Shown: positions 9,084 to 15,426 of the stretch, in pieces
Layout of the letters: each line of letters opens with the position of its first letter
Numbering within the stretch: the stretch's first letter is position 1
Virus record (IMG/VR): IMGVR_UViG_3300025389_000062
Location: 1-33,071 of that record
From: a virus
Lineage: Duplodnaviria > Caudoviricetes
Direction: 5' to 3' (one strand)
Length of the DNA: 33,071 nt
Notes under the pieces: model-generated
Told to the model about the DNA's origin: nothing
Database searches by the model: none
Seen by the model: the letters and a program-made list of their open reading frames with translations, nothing else
Made by a program: the position numbers and the translations under genes

Positions 9084-9105
9084 TTTATTTGTCTATCAAA
9101 CTCAA

Positions 9106-9327
9106 TTACTGAGCTGTAGCACCCTTACCGCCACCACCTGTGGTTGGAGCAGCCTTTGCTGATGAGAAATGCTCGTAAGCAGCCTTTAGTACAGGACCGA
9201 AGACACCTACTACTGCAGACCATGCTACCTGCTTAAGGTGGTGATTTCCACCCTGCCAGATTGCTACTGCTGCAACTACAGTTGAAATAACATAGTGCTC
9301 AAAAAGAGCCTTTGTCTTTGCGTTCAT
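9106..9327 (-). CDS. small membrane protein, putative holin
   Basis: Start moved to MNAKTKALF (ATG 9327, AGGAG SD). Two hydrophobic segments (YVISTVVAAVAIW; WSAVVGVFGPVL) in 73 aa. Confidence 0.55.
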   Translation of the reverse strand: MNAKTKALFEHYVISTVVAAVAIWQGGNHHLKQVAWSAVVGVFGPVLKAAYEHFSSAKAAPTTGGGGKGATAQ

Positions 9328-9349
9328 ATTTTTCTCCTTTTTTCTTAGT

Positions 9350-10153
9350 CTATAGACTAAATAATTTTCCATCAACTACACAAGTGTAATTGGGGGAAAT
9401 TTCCACAATCTGTACATGAGGATGAATACCATTCTCAATATGTGCGATTGCGAAACCTTTTTGCCAGTTATGATTTTGAGTGTATTTGAATCCGTCACTC
9501 TTTTCATCACACATATGCCCAATCTCATATCCACGGATTGTTCTTCCACCCGTCGCCACTGGTAGCTCGTATGTCTGAAAGTGCGAAGCGATTCTGTGTG
9601 AGTGACCTCTAATTAAAGAAATTTGTAAATCGTCAATATCTTTTCTTACTGCACCTGTATCTGCAATTGAAAGTCCGTGGTGTACGTGAATATCTCCAAA
9701 ACGATGCTTAGGTAATTCATTATAATAAATATAATCATAGCCCAAAGAGTCTAATGACCAAAGTGCTTCTGGAGTAACATCATTAATATACTCTGGCAAC
9801 TTAGCATCTACATAATTAAAGATTCTCACGTCGTGATTTCCCAGTGCAGAAAAGAGTTGTGCGTTTGGCAACATCTCACGAGTCTTAGCATAAAAATCTC
9901 TTGCACCCTTTGCTTCATGCCTCATCATAGGCAAGATAAGATCTTTGCTATCATCTTTATGAAGTCTTAAGAACTCTGCTGATCTTCCTTCTGTATATTT
10001 GCTATAGCAAGCCTGATCGTCAGTATCTCCTAAATAGTCAACCACATCTGGCTTAAACCATTTCATTACTTTAAACCAAAGCTCGATAGCCTTGTCGTCT
10101 TGATACGGGAACTGCTGATCGGATGAAAGCATCCACTTTAAATCATTACTCAT
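9350..10153 (-). CDS. calcineurin-like metallophosphoesterase
   Basis: Motifs SSDQQ, LGDTDD, GNHD, HHG, GHSH. Confidence 0.88.
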   Translation of the reverse strand: MSNDLKWMLSSDQQFPYQDDKAIELWFKVMKWFKPDVVDYLGDTDDQACYSKYTEGRSAEFLRLHKDDSKDLILPMMRHEAKGARDFYAKTREMLPNAQLFSALGNHDVRIFNYVDAKLPEYINDVTPEALWSLDSLGYDYIYYNELPKHRFGDIHVHHGLSIADTGAVRKDIDDLQISLIRGHSHRIASHFQTYELPVATGGRTIRGYEIGHMCDEKSDGFKYTQNHNWQKGFAIAHIENGIHPHVQIVEISPNYTCVVDGKLFSL

Positions 10154-10682
10154 TAATTTCCTTTTTGCTTACAAAGCATTGTAGTGTTATACGTAATTGA
10201 CTGTCTGTTAAAACTGGTGTTGTTGCATGTGTCTCTCCCGAGTCATTTACAACAGCATTATTAAATTTTGGCACTATAACTTTCCATTCGCCAGACTTTT
10301 TATCAAACCAATTAAATAGTCCGCCATCATCATAAGACCATTCACGATTTAAATAAATAGTTATTCCTTTGTCATATGAACGATCACTATGTGATGGGAT
10401 ATAAGAATTTTTAGTCCATACATTTATCGCCATCTCGATGCTATCAGATGAATTTAAATCAAGTAATCCTGATTGATTTAAAAAATATTTAATTTTTTCG
10501 TTAAGATTTTCATCTGGCTCTATGTATAAAACCAAAGAATTATTTTTTCTTAGATTTTGATCCCAAAGATGGTTTGTGTAAACATTTGGCCTATCTTTAT
10601 TATTATCAACTAGTTGTGAAAAGGCATAAGAGTATAATAGGTCGGCAAAATCATCAGGTAAAACTGACTCATATTGTTTCAC
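10146..10682 (-). CDS. 2OG-Fe(II) oxygenase (prolyl 4-hydroxylase-like)
   Basis: HxD (SHSD), TIYLN..W...DGG, distal H (ETHATTPV) and 2OG-binding R (LRITLQ); GTG start. Confidence 0.88.
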   Translation of the reverse strand: MKQYESVLPDDFADLLYSYAFSQLVDNNKDRPNVYTNHLWDQNLRKNNSLVLYIEPDENLNEKIKYFLNQSGLLDLNSSDSIEMAINVWTKNSYIPSHSDRSYDKGITIYLNREWSYDDGGLFNWFDKKSGEWKVIVPKFNNAVVNDSGETHATTPVLTDSQLRITLQCFVSKKEINE

Positions 10683-10707
10683 AATTTCTCTTTTCCTTAT
10701 TCTATAT

Positions 10708-10737
10708 ATTGTATCTCACAATATCTTTATTTGTCAA
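10708..10737 (-). promoter_or_regulatory. sigma70/SigA-type promoter TTGACA-N18-TACAAT
   Basis: Minus strand reads TTGACA aataaagatattgtgaga TACAAT, directly upstream of the 10146..10682 oxygenase. Confidence 0.7.
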
Positions 10738-10994
10738 GCAACGTGTGCTTTATTATGTTCTGTTCTTGAACATATAAAAAGATTGATTAGCCTGTTGTCC
10801 ATCTTGTCATGATTGATATGATGAACAGTTTCCCAATCTTCTATAATCCTATTTAATTGTTTTTCTATAACTAGTCGGTGTTCGTAATACCAACCTTTAA
10901 AATTTTTTGGATGTTCTGGTACTTTTATAAGAACATATCCTTCTTTGCTGACCCGCCTATCTCTTTTGATCCAAAATCTGATAGGCTGATACAT
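10734..10994 (-). CDS. HNH endonuclease (HNH_3-like)
   Basis: Likely start MYQPIRFW (ATG 10994). GY.....PEHP....YYEHRLVIE...ETVHHINHDKMDNRLINL......EHNKAH. Confidence 0.88.
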   Translation of the reverse strand: MYQPIRFWIKRDRRVSKEGYVLIKVPEHPKNFKGWYYEHRLVIEKQLNRIIEDWETVHHINHDKMDNRLINLFICSRTEHNKAHVA

Positions 10995-10995
10995 T

Positions 10996-11391
10996 TTATA
11001 GCTTTTCTCCTTCTGGATGAACAAAAAGTTCTTTTTGTCCAACCGTGATGATTTCACTACTTAGCCATTCTAAAACATCTGGATCAACCACATGCCTTCT
11101 TTTTGAATCGCTTATTAAGTATATTTTACCATCAGAAATATCTTTTATCAAAGTGCCGTCCCTAAATCCCAAAACACCAGCAGAAGGGTAATTTAATATC
11201 ATGGCTTCTGTTGTTTCTACAATTGGCAGAGACCAAGAATCTCTTGCTCTATCTGAAATAAACTTAAATCTTTTTTTACTTTTAATGTAAAAGTAACCTT
11301 TTTCAGTATGAGCAATTAATCCACTTGGCACTACAGGGCTATAGTTTTTAACAGTTTGATTTTTCTTCAATGATTTTAGAATATTCTTCAA
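10996..11391 (-). CDS. hypothetical protein made of two ~55-aa internal repeats
   Basis: PSGLIAHTEKGYFYIKSKKRFKFIS... versus RDGTLIKDISDGKIYLISDSKRRHVVD...; TTG start uncertain. Confidence 0.8.
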   Translation of the reverse strand: MKNILKSLKKNQTVKNYSPVVPSGLIAHTEKGYFYIKSKKRFKFISDRARDSWSLPIVETTEAMILNYPSAGVLGFRDGTLIKDISDGKIYLISDSKRRHVVDPDVLEWLSSEIITVGQKELFVHPEGEKL

Positions 11392-11530
11392 TTGTTTTCT
11401 TCATTTCTTCTGAGTTTTGTACTAGTTCTGTGTATTCTGCTCTAAGCATGGCCTTTTCCAACTCGAATGATGCTGACATTTCACCTATACGCTGTTGCAA
11501 TGCAGTAATAATTAATTCGTTTTTATCCAT
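11348..11530 (-). CDS. small coiled-coil hypothetical protein
   Basis: 60 aa, heptad-like; AAGGGA SD and TGATATAAT upstream. Confidence 0.8.
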   Translation of the reverse strand: MDKNELIITALQQRIGEMSASFELEKAMLRAEYTELVQNSEEMKKTIEEYSKIIEEKSNC

Positions 11531-11552
11531 TTTATCCCTTAGCTATCATTAC

Positions 11553-11561
11553 ATTATATCA
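11553..11561 (-). promoter_or_regulatory. extended -10 motif TGATATAAT
   Basis: Intergenic, upstream of 11348..11530. Confidence 0.6.
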
Positions 11562-11564
11562 CAA

Positions 11565-12200
11565 TTAATGAATCCAGTTAACAACAGTATACCTTGTTCC
11601 ATTTATAACTGGATGTACTTTGTGGTTGTAAACATAATCAGATGGAAATACTACTAGATCGTTTCCTTTAGGCTTATACTTAATATTTAATCTGGGAAAC
11701 TCTATCTCCCCGCCATCAAAATCGTTGTTTAAATAGTAAGACATTGATATGCGTCTATGATACATTAATGAGTCATCTATGTGATTTCCAAAGTGGTGTC
11801 CGTCGCCGTATCTTAATATTTGAAAGCTATCCCAATTATTAAAATCTTCTGCACCATAAAATCTTTTATAATCATTTAAAGAGTTTTCAAATTCTGTTTT
11901 TAAAATATTTCCAATAACAAATTGAAATATATTTGCTTCATCAGCATGTATCATTACATTTTCTTCAAAATACTTTTCATCGTATTGTGGATAAGGAATA
12001 GATATAACATCCAAATCTCTTACATTTTTATCAACAAAGTTTTCTGAGCCATTATTAATATATGGTGCTTGCCATACAACATGACCTTTTAAAGCACCTG
12101 ACTCTATAGCACCTATAATTGCCATTGGATCTTCTACTAGGTTTTCATAAACCATTATTCCAGGTGCGATTTCTTTTCTTACCATTTGCCCAGAGGACAT
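11565..12200 (-). CDS. 2OG-Fe(II) oxygenase (prolyl 4-hydroxylase-like)
   Basis: QILRYGDGHHFGNHIDD (HxD), RRISMSYYLNNDFDGGEIEF, FPSDYVYNHKVHPVINGTRY (distal H, R). Alternative start ATG 12185. Confidence 0.92.
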   Translation of the reverse strand: MSSGQMVRKEIAPGIMVYENLVEDPMAIIGAIESGALKGHVVWQAPYINNGSENFVDKNVRDLDVISIPYPQYDEKYFEENVMIHADEANIFQFVIGNILKTEFENSLNDYKRFYGAEDFNNWDSFQILRYGDGHHFGNHIDDSLMYHRRISMSYYLNNDFDGGEIEFPRLNIKYKPKGNDLVVFPSDYVYNHKVHPVINGTRYTVVNWIH

Positions 12201-12406
12201 GATGACTCCTTTAATTTAGTTTTAACTGACATAAAGCATCCACACTTTTTGCATTGTTTTGTAAATTTAATTAACTCTGGGCAATTTAAACAAATATTTA
12301 GCCTTGCTTTATACTCTTCCTCTAAGGCTATTAGATTCTTTCCATTAACTACATCCCACAACTTTTGTGTACCCAAACTTTTTTTATATTCCTGCCAAGC
12401 TGACAT
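12179..12406 (-). CDS. Cys-rich DUF6171-like metal-binding protein
   Basis: Start moved to MSAWQEY (ATG 12406, TAATG overlap with the upstream stop). RLNICLNC-x8-CKKCGC-x12-CPLGKW. The family name is from recall. Confidence 0.8.
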   Translation of the reverse strand: MSAWQEYKKSLGTQKLWDVVNGKNLIALEEEYKARLNICLNCPELIKFTKQCKKCGCFMSVKTKLKESSCPLGKW

Positions 12407-12609
12407 TATTCTTTTTCCTCTGGCAAAATAAACTTCTTCCCGTCCCAAATTGAACCAATAGCTACATTATCCATTCCCGTTGCCTCCATACCAAAATGTT
12501 CTTGTGAAAATCCCTCTACCCATCTTTCATAAAGATTAAGACTATCATCAATTACCCAAGTATGAAAAATTTCATTTTCAACAACTAGGGCGTATCTTTT
12601 AATTGCCAC
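12406..12609 (-). CDS. small hypothetical protein with C-terminal IGSIWDGKKF motif (tail-fibre-associated type)
   Basis: Likely GTG start at 12609 (MAIKRYALVVENEIF); paralogous to the upstream ORF. Confidence 0.75.
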   Translation of the reverse strand: MAIKRYALVVENEIFHTWVIDDSLNLYERWVEGFSQEHFGMEATGMDNVAIGSIWDGKKFILPEEKE

Positions 12610-12808
12610 TTTTAATAAAATCTGGGTTGATAAATGTTGATCCATTCCAAAGCCATCCGACATCGGCATATGGTTGATCGGTTATGTCAAAAACTTTTGT
12701 ACCACCCGTATCAAAAGCAGCTTTATATGCCCCAGATTCGGGATTCTCATCATTTATAGGAATTAATGCAAACACTTTATTTTTATTTAAATATACATAA
12801 ATACGCAT
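12599..12808 (-). CDS. small hypothetical protein with C-terminal VGWLWNGSTF motif (tail-fibre-associated type)
   Basis: Likely ATG start at 12808 (MRIYVYLNKNKVF) with AAGGAG upstream. The track start at 12841 lies inside the promoter. Confidence 0.75.
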   Translation of the reverse strand: MRIYVYLNKNKVFALIPINDENPESGAYKAAFDTGGTKVFDITDQPYADVGWLWNGSTFINPDFIKSGN

Positions 12809-12832
12809 TGTTACATCTTTCTCCTTAACAAC

Positions 12833-12861
12833 AGTATACAATTATACACTTTTTTTGTCAA
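12833..12861 (-). promoter_or_regulatory. sigma70/SigA-type promoter TTGACA-N17-TATACT with nested GTGTATAAT
   Basis: Minus strand reads TTGACA aaaaaagtgtataattg TATACT. Confidence 0.7.
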
Positions 12862-12872
12862 CACAATGTAAA

Positions 12873-15425
12873 TTATGACACTCTAGGAGTTCTAAATGCT
12901 GGTGGGCTAAAGAACGCAGGTGGTGCAAAAGCGGGTGTCACAGCAGGACTGACTGGGCTAACGGCTGGGGTAACCGCAGGGCTGACCGCAGGGCTGACCG
13001 CAGGGTGTACAGTAGGGCTAACGGCTGGGCTGACCGCAGGGCTAACGGCAGGGCTGACCGCTGGGCTGACCGCTGGGCTTACGGCTGGGCTGACCGCTGG
13101 GCTTACGCTTTGCGAACCAATTTTTCCAGTTGTTACTTGTGCAGTTGAGCTTCCTGCACTGTTTGTAAATGTTACAACAATTTTAACAGAAACATTAATA
13201 TCGTCTGGGCTCAAAGTATATGTAGTTCCTGTTCCTACAACAGAGGCATATCCATCATATCCACTGTACCAAGCAATTGTATATGTTGGTGTAGGTGTTC
13301 CAGAAGCATTAGTTACACTTGCAGTTAATGTTGAATTTACCTTTAATGTTCCACTGTATGACACTGATCCGCCAGAAGGTGCTACTGCAGGGGTAACGGC
13401 TGGGGTAACAGCAGGGCTGACCGCTGGGCTGACCGCTGGGCTGACCGCTGGGCTGACCGCAGGGCTTACTGCAGGGCTTACGGCTACTGTTGACGTTGTT
13501 CCTGTTGCAGAAGACATTACAGTTCCATCTTGAGATGTGGCGGTAATGGTATAAGCAGTGCCCGACATAAGTCCAGTGGCTGACCATGATGTATTTACAA
13601 GACCAGTGTTTCCTGGAACAGTAAATGTAGAAGGAGAAATTGATGCTCCTCCGCTGATTGATAGGCTAATAACATAATTATATGGTCCAGTATTTTCATG
13701 ATTTACAATACCACTTAAACTTGAGGATGTTTGTGAATTTACAGTTGTTCCCAAAGACAAATAAGTTGATGCAGGAGGTTGTGAAGGTGAAACTGCAGGA
13801 GTTACTGCTGGGCTTACTGCTGGGCTTACGCCTGGTGTAACAGCAGGACTTACAGCAGGAGTTACTGCTGGGGTAACCGCAGGGCTTACAGTGCCAGAAG
13901 TTTTTGCATTCACGTTAATTGATTGAGAAGTAATAACATTTGTTCCAGCTGCATCTGAGTAAGCGGTAACAGTAAATGAATGTGTATTGGTACTTAAACC
14001 ATCATATGTTGTTGCAAGTTCGGTTCCTGAGCCATTTTCTGTTGGATCATCTGGACAATACCAAGAATATATTGCTGCACCTGGAATTGCTGACCAATTT
14101 AAAGCTACAATTCCACCGCCCAAATATTGTCCAGTTAAGTTTAGAGATGAGGATGCGGGACTTACAGCAGGGCTTACTGCAGGGCTTACCGCAGGCGTAA
14201 CGGTTGTCGGTGTGCTTCCACCACCAGTTGTAGTAACTGGAGCATTAGAACCATTTGCAACAAGAGTAATAGGTGCTGGTGCCAATGGAAGAACTTCTCC
14301 AGTTGGCAGATAAATACCAAGTCCACCAAAACTTGTAGTTAGTGGACCAGTATAAGAAAATAAAGTAACTGTTGTAGATTTTGTAGTTGATAAACTATAA
14401 AATGTTGTACTTAGTCCAGATTCAGTATTAATTAATTGACCATTTACAGCATCTGGGTTTGATGTAATTCCTCCAGTGGCAATAATTTCAAACGAACCAG
14501 CATTGTTTGGATTATTCCACGTAACAGTTATCTGACCAGGAGCATTTGATACTGCGGTCATGGTAGTAGCATAATAAGATTGTCCAACTGGTATAGATAA
14601 AGTAGCTGTTGGATAGGGCACTGTGTTTGCAGAGTTCCATACAGACGCAACAACATAAAGATTTGTTACCCCAGTTGTTGGAATTGTAAATCCATACAAA
14701 GCATCTTGACCATTTAATGTGCCTGTATCCATTAACAATGTGCCAGATGTGCTTGTTCCAGAATATATTTGATATCTGTAACTTGTAAACCAGCTGCCAC
14801 TGTATCCTACGTCTAAGTAAATTGTTAGGCCTAAATCCGCAACACCACTAAATGTTAATCCTACAGCAGTAGCAGGTAGCAATTTAGGAATTACATAAAT
14901 ATATGGAGACCAAGAAGATGTTTTTGTTTTTCCTTTTGAAACAATTGTTTCATTTGCTCTTACCCAATAGTAATAGCCTTGACCCGTTGTAAGACCGCCG
15001 TCTACATAATTAATATAAACTTGTTGGCCAACTCTTTTTATGCCAGAAATTAAAGTTCCTGTTTGATTGTTTAGTGCTGCATTTGTTGTACCTCGATATA
15101 AATCATAAGTAATTGTTGAATCCCAACCAATATCTGAAATTGAATCTAGCCAGGAAAGGTCTACGGAGGTTGTACTGTCTGGGTCTGATATAGCAGAAAA
15201 AGCAGTAGGATAACTAAATCCACCGCCATAAAAATTTGACCAATCATATGAATCATTTTGACTGTTATATTTTTTTACATACGCACCAGCTACTAAAGCC
15301 CAGTCTGAGTCATCTATATTGCTACTTGAAATTTTTACATAAAGGCCCCTTACTGGCTTCCAATCATAGCTGTCATTTCCAGTATTTGATACCTTTACAT
15401 ACATTCCTTTTGGAGGAGTAGTCAT
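12873..15425 (-). CDS. virion fibre/decoration-like protein: FN3/Ig-like domains separated by AV(S/T)P repeat linkers
   Basis: FN3-type segments (VDLSW...YDLYR...YYYWVRA; ITVTWNN; VALNWSAIPGA..Y...HSFTVTAY), an Ig-like LTASV...GTPTPTYTIAWY domain, and four repeat blocks; last gene of the tail module. Confidence 0.8.
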   Translation of the reverse strand: MTTPPKGMYVKVSNTGNDSYDWKPVRGLYVKISSSNIDDSDWALVAGAYVKKYNSQNDSYDWSNFYGGGFSYPTAFSAISDPDSTTSVDLSWLDSISDIGWDSTITYDLYRGTTNAALNNQTGTLISGIKRVGQQVYINYVDGGLTTGQGYYYWVRANETIVSKGKTKTSSWSPYIYVIPKLLPATAVGLTFSGVADLGLTIYLDVGYSGSWFTSYRYQIYSGTSTSGTLLMDTGTLNGQDALYGFTIPTTGVTNLYVVASVWNSANTVPYPTATLSIPVGQSYYATTMTAVSNAPGQITVTWNNPNNAGSFEIIATGGITSNPDAVNGQLINTESGLSTTFYSLSTTKSTTVTLFSYTGPLTTSFGGLGIYLPTGEVLPLAPAPITLVANGSNAPVTTTGGGSTPTTVTPAVSPAVSPAVSPASSSLNLTGQYLGGGIVALNWSAIPGAAIYSWYCPDDPTENGSGTELATTYDGLSTNTHSFTVTAYSDAAGTNVITSQSINVNAKTSGTVSPAVTPAVTPAVSPAVTPGVSPAVSPAVTPAVSPSQPPASTYLSLGTTVNSQTSSSLSGIVNHENTGPYNYVISLSISGGASISPSTFTVPGNTGLVNTSWSATGLMSGTAYTITATSQDGTVMSSATGTTSTVAVSPAVSPAVSPAVSPAVSPAVSPAVTPAVTPAVAPSGGSVSYSGTLKVNSTLTASVTNASGTPTPTYTIAWYSGYDGYASVVGTGTTYTLSPDDINVSVKIVVTFTNSAGSSTAQVTTGKIGSQSVSPAVSPAVSPAVSPAVSPAVSPAVSPAVSPTVHPAVSPAVSPAVTPAVSPVSPAVTPAFAPPAFFSPPAFRTPRVS
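12933..13109 (-). repeat. 12-bp tandem repeat block, ~15 units, encoding AV(S/T)P
   Basis: Plus-strand units such as tgggctgaccgc and agggctaacggc; one unit is shortened to VSP and one is the variant TVHP. Confidence 0.95.
13377..13484 (-). repeat. 12-bp tandem repeat block, 9 units: (AVSP)6(AVTP)2AVAP
   Basis: Read directly from the sequence and the translation. Confidence 0.95.
13785..13892 (-). repeat. 12-bp tandem repeat block, 9 units of xV(S/T)P
   Basis: TVSP AVTP AVTP AVSP AVTP GVSP AVSP AVTP AVSP. Confidence 0.95.
14157..14204 (-). repeat. 12-bp tandem repeat block, 4 units
   Basis: TVTP AVSP AVSP AVSP. Confidence 0.9.
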
Positions 15426-15426
15426 A

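Noticed and set aside
10734-10994. HNH gene as an active homing mobile element or intron ORF
   Set aside because: It is only ~86 aa, lacks an evident extra DNA-binding domain and does not interrupt a gene, so it is kept as a plain CDS.
13309-13587. Alternative-frame ORF with (GQPS)n and Cys repeats
   Set aside because: It is a frame-shifted reading of the AVSP 12-bp array inside the fibre gene, with no independent support.
12933-14204. Possible CRISPR array or DGR template/variable repeat
   Set aside because: The units are 12-bp, head-to-tail, coding and lack spacers. There is no cas or reverse transcriptase gene in the window, and no adenine-specific mismatch pair was seen.
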